Shown here: positions 47,832 to 62,000 of the stretch, piece by piece | How the letters are laid out: each line of letters starts with the position of its first letter | Position numbering within the stretch: position 1 is the first letter of the stretch | Made by a program: the position numbers and the translations under genes | NCBI GenBank assembly: GCA_021613535.1 | Contig: CP075492.1 | Coordinates: 13,578,001 to 13,642,000, forward strand | DNA from: Adineta vaga | Lineage: Eukaryota > Animalia > Rotifera | Length of the DNA: 64,000 nt | Direction: 5' to 3' | The notes under the pieces: generated by a model | The model's database searches: none | What the model saw: only the letters and a program-made list of their open reading frames with translations | What the model was told of the DNA's origin: nothing

Positions 47832-49597
47832 ATGAATATGGGATATTCATGTGCTAATTTAAATGATTTACCTGAAGAAATTCTTCTAAGTATTTTTAAA
47901 AAATTGAGTAATGTGGTATTACTTTATTCTTTAATACGTATAAGTGCACGTTTAAATAAAATAGCACATGATTCTATTTTTACAAAACGTTTGGCCTTAA
48001 TGACACTTACTCCTAATGGTTGTGTTTATCCTTTAGCTGATCCAATACTTGACCGATTTTGTTCGTATATTTTACCTGAAATTCATAAAAACATCGAATG
48101 GCTTGAACTTGAATCGTCTTCAATGGAACGTATTCTTCTTGCGACAAATTATCTTAATTTATCTAAACTAGGCATATATAAAATTGAAGCCGAAAGAGCT
48201 ATTCATCTTTTTTCTGGTAAGATATTTGATTTTCAATCTTCCTCTGATTAACAATGAAGTTATGTCATTGCCGTTTGGAAGACATTTTCAGTGATCGAAT
48301 CGTTAATATTTCTGTTTAGATGAAACTCTTTTCAAGTGTACACTGAAAAAGCAAATTTCAGCGCTTGTTATCGATACTTATGGACAAGAAAGAACAATAG
48401 AAAAAGCGCATAAGCTTTTATTCACACATATTCTTACTACATTTACTAATCTACAGTATTTAAGTTTTGGTCCATCTTCATATTCGTATCAACAATTATC
48501 CTTCAATATTTCATCTACAAGTGTTTTCTCCTCAACTCTATTAGAATTACATGTTTGTTTGAAGCATTTCAACGATTGTCTTTACTTACTTGATGGACGC
48601 CTCAATCAGCTTCAAACATTTCATGTTAAAGTTCAATTCATAACCATTTCACGTTTAGCAATCAATAATAAAGTAAACCATTTTTCATTGAAATTTCATT
48701 CATTTTGATAAAGTGATGTTTGTTCTTTTTTTCCAGCACAAACTACCGAATCTAAGGTCGTTTTCGCTATATTGTGACATTAGTACAGATCTCTATGATG
48801 AATTGATCGTACCACTTTTAAATCGCATGCTAAATTTAGAAAAACTCGATTTGTGTCTTATAGTTTGGGTTAGAAAAACATTGATTGATGGCAATGTCTT
48901 GAAGACAAGTGTTATCAATTATATGCCACGATTAAAAAGATTCACGTTTAATATTTCTTCGTCAGGTTATTCTGATGATCATAGTAATCTACCATCGAAT
49001 GTAGATATTCAAAAGACGTTTAAAGATTTTAAAGACAATCAAATTATTTCATGTGTTGATTATTATTCAAGGACCAAAACAAGTCGATGTCGTATTTATT
49101 CGTATCCATACAAATTAAAATATTACAATGAGATCACAAATAATTTTACTGGTGGACTATTTGAACGTGTAGTTGAAGTATCACTAGTTGATGATCATCC
49201 TTTTGAACACAAGTTTTTTCTTCAAATTGCACAATCATTTCCATTGCTGAGAGAATTAACTGTAATTAATCAAGAAAGACAAACTGATAAACAATTTAGA
49301 AAATCAAAAAACGAAACTAAAGATTGCTTAATCATTGAATATCCTAATCTTATTCACCTTGATCTTAGTGGCGCTCACATAGATTATCATGAACAATTCT
49401 TAGTGGATACCAAAACCTGCTTACCAAATAATCTTCATCTGTCTATGAATTATCGATCTGCGAAAAAAGTAACACGCAATTTCAGAAGAAATACAACTCG
49501 AAGTAATTGTGCAAAACCGAGTTACGTATTTTTATTTCGAGAATCCATATTTCCTGAACACTTAAAAGACTATTTTCCTAACGCAAAAATAATGTAA
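47832..49597 (+). CDS. F-box domain protein (lineage-expanded family), 3 exons
   Basis: LNDLPEEILL.IFKKL F-box; DRFC..ILP.I, LLDGRL.QL, C.IYSYPY and PFEH.FF motifs. Introns ~48217-48319 and ~48673-48736. Confidence 0.88.
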
Positions 49598-51689
49598 ATA
49601 GTCAATTATTATTAGAATAAAATTGATAAATTCACACATAATTATAATATTAAGGTTAATATAGGTATATGCTGCAGTTTTGCACAACTTATACGCATTT
49701 TACTTTTATTTTCTGCTAAACTTATTAAATCTTCATATGAAATATAAATTTTGTTCTGACAAAATGTAAACGTATATTCAAGTCGATTAGAAAATGGTTC
49801 ACGTTGTTGGTATGTGCATTTTTATAGGCAAGTTTGACAAGGTTAATTTTTAGTTTTTCCAGTATCTTCACTTTCACAAATTTTGTTTTGCTATTTTATG
49901 GACTGTTATGCTATCTTAAGTAAAAAACAAAAATTTAACTTGAATTCTTGTTTGAACCGACGGTAAATTACAAAACTTACAAAATGATAATTTTTATTCA
50001 CTTACTAAAGAGCTTTTGAACAAAAGATATGATGATTATATAGAAAGTAGCTAGGAGTGAAATAATGTAGATTGATTCCGATCTAAGTAGCTTCTGGTAA
50101 GAGTTTTTCAAATATAGGCACCTGACATTTCTACTTGTGAGCTTTTATTTTTCTTGAAGAAGACAAAACGTATAGGATTCTAGTGCCTTTTATATCTACT
50201 CTATGCAGAACCATTGATCATTTCAAAGCTCGAACTCAAAAAAATAAGGATGTAAGTTGAAAAAATTGTGATTTTTCCTTCTCTCAACGTTCTATGCTTT
50301 CATCTTTTAATATTTGATGTCAACAAATCTGTTCGGAAAATTGTCGGACTATTTCCTAGTTAAAATACCGTCTATGGTAAAAATTTAATTTTTATCATTC
50401 ACCCTTTCCCTTTCATCGATTTAGAGAATGAAATTTTGTAAATAGATAATGTATGGTTTTTTGTGTGTATACATATGAAAGAAAAAAAGAACAGAACTAA
50501 GTGAACCAAGATCATAATAACGTAGTACATGTTTCTATGAGTCGTGTGCTAGTGAAATATGCTTCAAACCACTCTAATTGGTATTTAACACGATCACATT
50601 AAGATCAATAGACATTGAAATTCTTCATCCATGAGATTGTATTTGAAAAAATAGCGTAAATTTTGCAGTACTAGGTTTCATGTTGGACTTTCTACTATTG
50701 TCGAAAGTTATATTTTTATTGAACTTTTGCCCTAAACAAAACTGAACTAATATCAATTCGAGACTATGATTATAACTTGGAAAATTCATAATTCCTACCA
50801 CAAGAAGCTTTGCCTCAAATCAAGGTAGAATATTTTACTTCTGTCTAAATGCTACTCACCCGTAATACTTCTAGTCGAAAAGCTTTCTGAGTACCTTTAG
50901 ATCTTTTTAGTCAGTAGGATCTTGTGGAACAATCGAATCATTATGGTTTTATAAGATTGCAATTACTTTTCAAGTTCTAGTTCTATAAATGGTCAAGCAT
51001 TCAGTTTTATCACATCTGTATTACTTGATCGGATTACATGAAGACTTTTACAAGGTTTTGAACTACTTAACTCGATTATACAAGTGATATATTATCAATT
51101 CTAAGTTCACGGGTAATGCGGTGTACTGTTTCTATTTTCGTTCGACCTATATATATGTAGATGATTACAGATTATAGAGAACAAATCTAAATTTTTCACC
51201 AGCTCTACAAGATTCTTATAATTAAAAGACTAATTACGCATTAATTCTGTTTCTATATGATGAATTATCTTGTGATTGTGCACGTGCATCTTGTTAAATG
51301 ATTAATTATATATCATCGACTGGACGACAAGAGGATAAGAAAACTGGTATCAAACATTTCCGTTTATTTGTTAAAAATCATGAGCAACATATCGATGATG
51401 GATTAGTTATCTTTGGAATCCTTTCAGTGATCTACACAAAAGAGTAAGATAGATATATAGTGGATAACAAAGAAAGTGAAACAGTTATCATAAAAAGGCT
51501 AAATATAAATGATCCATCGAACAATTTAAGATATGTAACGAATAAAATAAGAGAGTAAAAGAACAAAAATGAAGTACGAGAACATCAGAAAAAGATAAAA
51601 GAAACAAATATGCGAAGATGGCAGAATCATATAAACTATGACTAGACAATCCGTTATATCAAAATATCGTTACTGATGACCAGCTTTTG

Positions 51690-51840
51690 AATCAGCACGT
51701 AGTTCCCTTTTGACAGCTGGTTGATTTGCAGCTGTTGGTGCGTCAGCAGCATCTAAAATCTTTGCGATGGTTTTTTTAATATTTATTCGATCAAGATTTT
51801 TGATAAGCAGTTCAACACGCGAAGGAATGAACTCTCTAAA
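51690..51840 (-). pseudogene. Exon fragment, possibly acidic ribosomal protein P2-like; diverged second copy at ~58360-58600
   Basis: EFIPSRVELLIKNLDRINIKKTIAK..APTAA follows a TTTAG acceptor. The homologous copy reads VELLIKDLNQSIEKVIAK. Confidence 0.3.
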
Positions 51841-51880
51841 AAAACATCGAGATAAATCTTACTTTTTTGTGAGATTCATA

Positions 51881-52110
51881 TACCCAGAACGATGATTCCT
51901 GAAGCAGTATTCCGTAATTTTTCGGCTAAAACCTTCAAGAAACGCCCCGGTTCTGATCGGAGCCCACAGGAAAATGTCAGGTTCCTGTCAGTTTCGACTG
52001 GAGCCAGATAAAATCTTGCCACAACATCCGTTCACGGGATTACTGCTTCTATGAAAACTCCAGAATTCTCCGGAACCGACCGTTTTCGTGTCGTATTGTC
52101 TGACCTATGT
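51881..52110. mobile_element. Short GC-richer interspersed element (MITE-like)
   Basis: Local rise in GC; internal inverted repeat GAAGCAGTATTCCG (51901) / CGGGATTACTGCTTC (52036); non-coding. Confidence 0.4.
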
Positions 52111-52822
52111 GGTCATTAGGACAAATATGAACAATTTCATCCATGTTGTTGTTCTAAATATATAGAAGTAACACTTCGCACACTAGTCTAACAGTTGCAC
52201 TTACACTTATCATCACGTAAAAATGAACATTTCCATTGAACATCGTTCAATTGATAAAGAACTACGAGTTCATCATAGACGTCCTGATGAAAAATCAATC
52301 GATCTGACAACTAAAAATAATCTAAGTTACAGTTCAGATTTAATTCAGCTAAGATTTTTACTACCGATTAGACTCATCGAGCGAACATTACAAGATAGAA
52401 TAGTTGTTTCGATAAGTTTTAAAGGCTCTTTTGGAAAAAAAACTACATGAGTTAGGCCTTCACCTGATTCGTACTTACCGTCTCGTTGACTATCACTTTA
52501 AACTGTTGTCTGTTTACCATTATGTAGTGAAATACAGGTATGTATTGTTGCCATGGCTGTTTAAAAAAAGATTGAAATTCTGCAACTAAATTTTTCAATA
52601 CTGGATGATTATCCATTCTAAAATTGAAAAAATCCTCAAAATCTATTTCGAAGATCGCATACGATCTTTTGAAACTTTATTAGGTTCAGGATAAGCACTG
52701 ATAAACAGATTTCAGCAAATATTTTAATCAAAGTGAATCAAACATATTCATATCATTAAATGCATTTTTTTGAAATAAACAGTTGTTATCTTTAAATAAT
52801 TTTCTTTGTTCTTTCTTTTAAA

Positions 52823-54463
52823 TCAGTTGTTATCTTTAATCATGATAACAGTAGTGTTCGTCATTCGAAAGATTCCTTGAATCCATTGAGCTTCTTTAGC
52901 GCTGAAATCGTTGTTTCGAATATCGACTATCTTCAAATCTTCGATCACATAGATAGTATCCGGTAATGTCGTCAATGCATTGTTCGATAGATAAAAATGA
53001 TTCAAACTATCGATCTTTGACAACGAAGCACTGGACATCGATGCAATTCGGTTGTTCTTAAATGATAATAATGAACAATTACGAGCTGTAATCGTCTCCA
53101 AACTACTAAGCGATGCGAGTCGATTACCATCGAATTCAATCGTGTGCAGATTAGGAATGTTTGCAGGAAGATGATCGATGGTACAATTCGAAGCTCGTAG
53201 TATGTTGAGTGATGTTGATCCAACAAGAGTGTCCACTGATGATAGACGAGGATTGTTTTGGAGAGATAATGATGTGAGAGATGGTAAACGACTGACAGTC
53301 CAAGGAAGACTAGTCAGTAGATTTTGATCGAGTGTCAATTGAGTGAGTGACGTCAGTTTACTGACATCGTCGGAAAGTGCTTCCAAACCACAATTTACAA
53401 TTGATAGAGTTGATAAATGATTCAAATTGAATAATTCAGATGAAAATGGAGTTGATCGAGAGATATTTGATAAGAACAAGGATGTAAGCGAAGAAGAAAG
53501 ACGACTGATCTCATCAGGAATGGTCACTGTCGGTGAATTAAGAATAGAAAGTTCTTGTAAACCATCGAGACAGAAAATAGCCGATGGAAGAGTAGGCACA
53601 TTGGCCAAAGTCAATCCACTGACACGACTATTTCTATCAACAATAGCATAGCTGGAAGTGGGCGGTGATGGTTGCTGTCCAGGTGGATTGATAGTAACAC
53701 GAAATGGTAATGATTGGATAATTTGTTTATCCGATGTGTAGGTGGTTCCATCAATCGTACAATTCTGTTGTGGTGGTGTTTCTAGAAATAGAAAGAATTA
53801 CAGACGAGATTAGATGAGATGAGATGAGAAGATTGAGCAAAAGTTATTTTACTTCGACAACCGTTCCAGCAAGCACATTTATTTTTTAAGGTAAATCGAT
53901 AGTAATTTAGTGGGCCTTCTCCCAAGGCGTCCAATTCATTTGTTTCTTCATCCGTTGCGCAAATCAATGAAATCGAGACTGTTCTGTTTTCATATACGTA
54001 TGAGACAGTAGGATACTCATCATTAGAACCTGTATTCCATTTGGCACTATCTTGTTTACCAAGAATGAAGGAAAACCGTTGGTCTTTGGTTGCTAAATAA
54101 AACACATACGAAATCGAACATGGTTACATAAAACAATGTACCTTGGCAGACAGCAACATCGCTACAAACATCTCCTTCAGAAAATGGTTTACATGGATTG
54201 TAACTATAAACTATAATTGCAAAACGTAATGAAGAATAACTTCGGAGATCAGTAATGTTAAAAATCAACATACTGTAATTTGATGCTACCGCCGGTGAAA
54301 CATCTGGATATGCAGGCTTTCCATCTATTCCTGATAACGAAGTGAGATCAATAATACCTTTTGAACTTTCAAATTGACATGGATCATCCGCAACAGCAAA
54401 TACGAGTAAAAGAGTGAAAAAACTTGCGAAATTTAGCATCCAAGACATCATCATCATCATCAT
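52823..54463 (-). CDS. Secreted MRH + LRR protein, copy 2 (4 exons)
   Basis: Same structure as copy 1; retains the Q/R/E/Y MRH signature. Confidence 0.85.
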
Positions 54464-54750
54464 GTCGAGAAACTTTTCTCACACAAACTGGCCTGAATAT
54501 GAGATGTAACACTATTATTTATTTCTCTATCCATCTTCTTATCTTTAGAATTAATATCAGAACTTGTCCTTCATATGACGTCAGATCTAATAGAGGTAGG
54601 TGTTTTCGTTTGCACGTGGTGATAAGAAATAAAGCTGCGAGAAAAAAAAATAAAGACTTCGAAGCTACTGAATTTTCATCTTATGCAAATTGTTATTTTA
54701 TTCTTATGAAGTAGAAAGTATATGTTATTAAAAGAAAACGAAAAAAAGAA
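52840..54750. repeat. ~1.9-kb segmental duplication, copy 2
   Basis: Direct repeat of 45724-47622. Confidence 0.95.
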
Positions 54751-54815
54751 AAGCGAGAATAGATAATGGTCTTTGTACTGATAATATGAATGTTGACAGG
54801 TGCAAATTGTTTCGT

Positions 54816-56566
54816 TTAAATCAAATTAGCGACATCCATCGGCATTTCTTTGATTTCAGTATTATAAAATTGCTCAAGATCGCGTAATATTGCACGATCT
54901 TCATCAGCAACAAAGTTGATAGCCAAACCTTTTCGACCAAATCGACCACCTCGTCCAATTCTTGAAAAAAAGAACAATAGTTAGATACAGAATCGTTCCT
55001 TTTCCTATCAAATATATACATACCGGTGAATGTAATTTTCACGATTTGTTGGTAAGTCATAATTGATAACAACGTTGACTTGTTGAATATCAATACCACG
55101 TGCAAGTAAATCAGTGGTAATCAATATTCGACTAGAACCTGATCGAAATTCCTTCATAATTGCAGTCCGTTCTTCTTGCTTCAGATCACTACTCTAAATG
55201 AGACAAATAATTCCATGCGTGTTATATTAAACTGTTAATTTGAATAGAAAAAGCAAATACTTACAATAGCAGAGACCGTAAAATCTTGAGAACGTAGTTT
55301 TTCTGTAACAAATTCAACTTTTCGACGTGTATTACAAAAAATAACGGCTTTTGTAATCGATAATGTTGCATACAAATCACAAAGTGTATCTAATTTGTTA
55401 CGCTAAATAGAAGTGAACATATATGTAAATGATAGCTTCACGGAATAAATAACTACTTCATGTTGAACATCAATATAAAATTGATGAATACGATCGAGTG
55501 TTAATTCTTCTTTTTTGACGAAAATTTTGACTGGATCGTTCATGAATTTAGTAGAAACATTTATAACATCTCTAGTCATTGTAGCCGATATAAGAAGAGT
55601 CTAATAAAAAGATATTGAATAGTATTAAAGTTACATAAGATAATTTGTTTCATACTTGAACATCTTCTGGCATCATTACGAAAATATCGTAGATTTGTTC
55701 TTTGAAACCTTCACGAAGCATTTCGTCAGCTTCGTCCATGACTAACATCTTGATATGTTTTTTACCTACGCGAACATTCGTTATTAACATCTCAGATTAC
55801 AAATCATATATTGATAAGCACTTACGAAGAGCCGATCGATTAAGCAGATCATAGACACGACCAGGTGTACCGACAACAACTTGTACGCCTGATTCAAGCC
55901 GTTTGATATCATCTATTACGCTAGTACCACCAATACAAGCGTGACATGTTACCCCCATATAATCACCAATCGTTAACACAATACGGTGAATCTACATGAT
56001 ATGAAAGATGATTTATTCTTTTACCACGAAAATTATCTTTGAAACTGTACCTGTTGTGCTAATTCACGTGTCGGAGCCAAGATAAGTGCTTGACATTGCT
56101 TAAGATCTATATCAATTCGCTGTAGAATTGAAATTGTAAATGTCGCTGTTTTGCCAGTACCAGACTGTGCTTGAGCAATAACATCATGTCCTGAATAGAA
56201 TTTCAATAATAGAATATCTTCAATAGATCATGTTATAGTAATGACTTTACCTAAGATACATGGTTTAATTGCCCGCTGTTGAATAGCAGATGGACGTTCG
56301 AATCCAAAATTATAAATACCACGTAATAGTGGTTCATGTAAGTTCATCTGATCGAAGTCAGTAACCAGTTCAGTCCAATTGCTTTCGATTGTTCCATCGA
56401 TATCAATCGAAAGGTTGGCAGCATTGGAACTGCGGTTATCATTATTTCTACAATTAGATAATCATTGAATAATAGATATCATTCGTCTTCATATGTCTTT
56501 CACTTACTGAGATGAAACTTTTGACGAAGGCGCGTTTTCTTGGGAATTTGTTTGATTATTGCTCAT
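54816..56566 (-). CDS. eIF4A: Eukaryotic initiation factor 4A-like DEAD-box RNA helicase (multi-exon)
   Basis: [65 protein letters not shown] and [10 protein letters not shown] across ~9 short introns. Confidence 0.93.
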
Positions 56567-56716
56567 AAATGAATGGAAATAAAAGAATAAGACATTAAAG
56601 AAATATATGAAATTGTTGTGTTTGAATATGATTTTTATGCATTAACTGCTTCACTATTTATACTGCAAGTCATGACGAAATTCATCAATTCTTACGAAAT
56701 TACACAAAAATACCCA

Positions 56717-56724
56717 TGACGTCA
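56717..56724. promoter_or_regulatory. CRE palindrome TGACGTCA upstream of eIF4A, with TATAAA on the minus strand at ~56657-56662
   Basis: Exact motif ~150 bp upstream of the ATG. Confidence 0.4.
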
Positions 56725-59060
56725 GGATGTCTAAACTGTATGATATACCACTAAGTTGGTAACTTTTTAGCTGATTTTAATAAACAATTTAAATTAAAAA
56801 TGTATCAAAAAATCAGATAGAGTATGAATTGAGCAATATTCTTGCTGTGGCATCTCAATGGTGTAAATGTAGTTGTCGTTAGTTGTCGAGTCGGAAACGT
56901 GCATAGGGTTTCAATGATGCTTGTATGTCAACGATCAACTGTATTTTTATTTCAATTTCAAATATTAATATTGAGTACACAAGACAAAATCTTGATGCAA
57001 CATAAAATGACATACAGGATCACTGGCTTTTTTGCCGAGAACTTTAAAGGAAACATGTACTTTATTCCATTCACTTGTTTCGAAATGGTCAACAGCCATC
57101 ATACGAATTGGTTTATCTTGAGCTTCATTCGTAGGTAGCACTCATACGTTGATTTCACTACCGTTATATTTAGTATTTTCTGGACATCCCTTTCAAGATC
57201 AAGCATTGCTTTATCTGGATGATGTGGAATCACAGTAGAAACCTCAAATTCTTGGCGTGCATAAATCTTGATTTCTTCCATTGAACTGAATTAACAACCA
57301 CATGATTCATGAATTTGCGAAGTATCTATTTTGCACACTTTTGTAATGTATCAAAAGCACATTCGCCTTTAGCACTAGGACTTTGAAACATTCCTCGAAT
57401 ACCATTCTTTTTTCAAATATATTCAGCGGTAAACTCAGGAGTACGTGGTTGAATATGATACACGAAATAGAGTTCATACTATCTATAGTGCGGTGCAAAT
57501 ATGATTTATTTATTTCAACGAGCACGTGATTTCGACATGTGGTGCTATTATGAGAAGATAAGTTGATTAAGTATACGGCATCGTGTTTGATATCAACTTA
57601 GAAATACGTGCCTATCATTGGAAAGAAGATTAAAAATACAATAGAAAAATAAACTTATTTAATTAAGAATTCTTCACAAGCAAATCAACTTACTGACTGA
57701 GAGAGATGTATTTGATTTGATAAAATCAAGACGAAATATAGTCTGCAGAAGTTTACTGTTCGCTTACATATATCCTTTAGTAAATATTCTGGAGAGGATT
57801 CAATGCATATCTGTACTCATTCTTCCCTTATTATCGTTGACATACATGTTACTTGGAAGAAAATACTTTAGTTTTTTATTGATTTTTTATAAGATTTTTA
57901 CATATTTTCTCATGCTTACTAAGTCAAAGTGAACGTTTTAGGACTTGTGCAACTGCCGATATCCAGGTTTATCCTATAGTATTACAATCACACAATGTCT
58001 AATTTTCATACTCATTGACATCTATCATGCACTCTATAGATAGCGACTGCACCAATACAGATATTTCGAGCATTTTGAAAACTCTCCTCTATATTTTTTA
58101 TTCATATTGACCACAATTTACTGGGAACTCATGTGCTAAATTCGTATTTTAAACATTATATTTTGGTAAAGTTTCAATCATGCTCACATCCAGCACAAAA
58201 AGAAAAGACCACAACACTAGAAGAAGCTGACGAGAACTTAAAAGACTCAGCTCAATGATTTCGGAAGCAACATTCCGTTAGTTTCCAACATACATCGTTA
58301 GGAATTCTGTTTTTTTTCACGATCGGATTGTTTGCTATAGGTACATGAAGATGACAGATCTAACAGTTGGTTAATTCGCAGATGTTGGTGTGCCCGTACT
58401 AGTTGAAATCTTTGCAATGACTTTTTCAATACTTTGATTCAGATCCTTGATAAGCAGCTCAACTCATGATGGAATGAACTACCTAAAAAACGCCAAAAGA
58501 TTTAAAAAAACAGATCTATATAAAACTGAGTTCAAGTATTCAACTATTCTTCAGGTTGCGGCTTCTCAATGTACCCAGACGATGTCATTATATCAATATC
58601 CAAACAAAATCGTTCACTTAGACCTATTCTTCTCATCCTAAAACTTAAAAGCTTATATAGTAATTCAATTCTGGAAAAGTTAAATTCAGATCTCATGAGT
58701 TGCTTGTATAAAAGTATCCACATGAGAATCTTTCATACTGAATTTATCTACTGGAATGAATACAGAATGAAATAATATTGCACGATATATCCCACTCAAC
58801 ATAAACGTTTCGACAATTTATCTATCACAATAGTTAACATAGAAATGCAATTGTTTGATTGATTTATTATGACTTTCGTTTTAGTGAGTGATAAAAATGC
58901 AGAAATAATAAATCTTTTATATAGATATTTACCAAAATGAATTCTTTATTGTCGAAATAATTTATGATTACTTTTTTTTGACATATTGCCTCAGCAGACA
59001 ATAGAACATAAATACCATACGGATTATTCCGTTTGATCTCAGTATTTTCTCCAAACAAGG

Positions 59061-62000
59061 ATGAACAACATGTGTCAGTTGACCGCATGTTTTTTTATAA
59101 TAGAGTTAGTAGTTTTAATCTATGCTGATGTTCATACGAACAATTATGAGAAACGTATTGATTGTGATCCAAATCATCAATTACTTTTGTCCAATCACCC
59201 AAAAGAAACATGTCTAACACGTCATTGTCTATTTGATGACAAAGCATCTGAAGACGAAATTCAATGTTACAAAATCAAGGCGGATGTAATTACAGTAGAT
59301 ATACCTGATATTATAAAAACAGATCCCAAATATCGTATTGATTGTGTGCCTGATATTGATGAATATGGATCATTCTGTGAACTGAATCTTCCAAATAATC
59401 GGACATTAAATGGTACCAATCAAATTTGTACTGCTCGTGGATGCACATGGGATTCAAATCCAGGACCAAATATAACAACTTGTTATATACCATTAGAGAA
59501 AGGAGGATATGGTTTAGTAGGAGAAGGAAATGCCCCTTCGAATGCTATCACACAATATAAACTCAATCGTTTATCAACAAGACTATTGAAAAATGAATTT
59601 TCCATATTCAATCATGATATTGATAATTTAGATGTTCAGATCAGTGTTTCCGATATGAATATGATACGAATGACTATACGCGATGCTACCAGTCAACGTT
59701 ATGAAGTTCCTGTTCCTATCCGATGGACTCCATCAATTTTAACATCAACGTCTGCTAAAATTCAATTTCAAATGACTAAAACTACCAGTGAAAAAATCGG
59801 TTTTCGAGTACTACGTACGAATACACAATCAATTATATTTGATACGACATACTTTGCAAATGGTTTTATTTATGATGATAATTTCCTTCAAATAATAACA
59901 ACAATACCATCTCGAAATATTTATGGTAAATATGCAATCACACTCGTCAATTTCATATTTTGATCTTTAATCTTTCTCGTATAGGTTTTGGAGAAAATAC
60001 ACATCGTTCATTTCGACATATTCTCAAACATTCCTATCGATATTCTATGTTTGCTAGAGATCAATGGCCTACAGGAGTTAATGAAAATCTCTATGGTGTT
60101 CATCCATTCTATATGGTAATTGAATCTGATGGACAAGCTTTTGGTATCTTTATTCTAAACTCTAATGCACAAGATTATAAATTCGATGAATTCGATACAG
60201 ATCAAGCAATGCTTACCTATCGAACAATCGGTGGTATTTTAGATGTTATTTTTTTTGCAGGATCAACCCCTGAACAAGTGATTCAACAATATCAATCAGT
60301 GATTGGTAAACCATATATGCCTCCATACTGGGCATTAGGATTTCAACTTTCACGATATGGTTATAATTCGTTGAATAATATGAAAGCTGCAATGAATAGA
60401 ACTTTGAATGCAAATATTCCTCTTGATATTATGTATGTAGAAAAATGTCCTCTTTTCTACTACTTAAATTCTTTTTCATTTACTGTTAGGTATGGTGATA
60501 TTGATTATTTTCATAAACGACTTGATTTTACTTGGAATCCAATTGATTTTGATGGTTTACCAGAATATGTAGATTGGTTACATGCTCATGGAATGAAATT
60601 TATTACTATTCTTGATCCAGCAATTGATTCCGAAGAGAAAAATTATTCAACTTATCTCGAAGGACAAAAAGCAAATATTTGGATAAAATGGCCTGAACAT
60701 CGAAATATTCAATTTAATGAAACTGGTAATCGTAATATGTTGGGTTATGTATGGCCAGATGGTTAGTTATTTTCATACGCTTATTTCTTCTTACTCTTTT
60801 AGTTGTATGTTGTTTAGGTAAAACTGTATTTCCTGATTTTTTCTATCCACCAACGTATGACTGGTGGAAATCTGAAATTCTTCAATATTATTCCAAACTT
60901 AAATTTGATGGTCTCTGGATTGATATGAAGTGATATTAGTTGTTGTTTCTTTTTAATTGATATAATTCGTATGAATGATTTTATAGTGAACCCGCTAATT
61001 TTGATACTAATAAAGATAAACCTTGGAATTGGAATCGACCAGAACTATGGAATCTTCATTGTCCAATCGATGACGAATTATTAGAAAATCCGCCTTATAA
61101 AACAGCTATTTGTGGTGATTATTTATCTGATAAAACTTTATGTATGATTGGTGAACAAATAAATAGTCGAGGACAACTCTATACTCAGTATAATGTTCAT
61201 AGCTTATATGGATGGTCAGAAACATTAGCTTCATTAACTGCTGCTCGTGCTACAGCAAATAAAAGATCCGTGGTCATTAGTCGATCAACTTTTCCATCAT
61301 CAGGCACTTATAGTGGTCATTGGTTAGGTGATAATGCTGCTGATTGGTCACATTTAAAATATAATATTATTGGAATGTTAGAATTTAATTTATTTGGTGT
61401 ACCTTATATTGGTGCTGATATTTGTGGCTATTTTCATAATACAACAGAAGAAATGTGTCAACGATGGATGCAATTAGGTGCATTTAATCCATTCTTTAGA
61501 AATCATAACGGTTTTGGCAATATCGATCAAGATCCAGGAATATTTTCAGCTAACGTGATCATATCAAATCGTCGAGCTGTGGAATTACGTTATACTCTTA
61601 TTCCCTATTTATATACTTTATTTCATCGAGTACATATTGCTGGTGGTACTGTTGTTCGTTCTATGGCACATGTGTTTCCATCAAATTCAGCATGTTGGTC
61701 ACTCGATGAACAATTTCTATGGGGTTCATCATTACTCATTGCTCCAGTGCTTTATGAAAATCATGTGAATAAAACACTCTATCTACCAACAACAGATCGA
61801 TGGTATGATTATTATACAGGTGAAGAACAAACAACGGTAGGCAGTATTATAGTTTCAGCACCATTAGATTTCATACCATTGTATCTTCGTGGTGGTGCAA
61901 TTATACCACATCAACAAGCAGCTTTGAATACGGTTGCATCCCGAAAGAAACCTCTCTATCTCATTGTAGCATTAGATAGTAATCGATATGCTAGTGGAGA

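Noticed and set aside
52790-52839. 16-bp direct repeat CAGTTGTTATCTTTAA near the copy 2 boundary as a target-site duplication
   Set aside because: Both copies lie on the same side of the duplicated block, so it is more likely a local slippage duplication
56842-57540. Possible transposon remnant (short ORFs, slightly higher GC)
   Set aside because: No recognisable transposase or RT motifs and no terminal repeats
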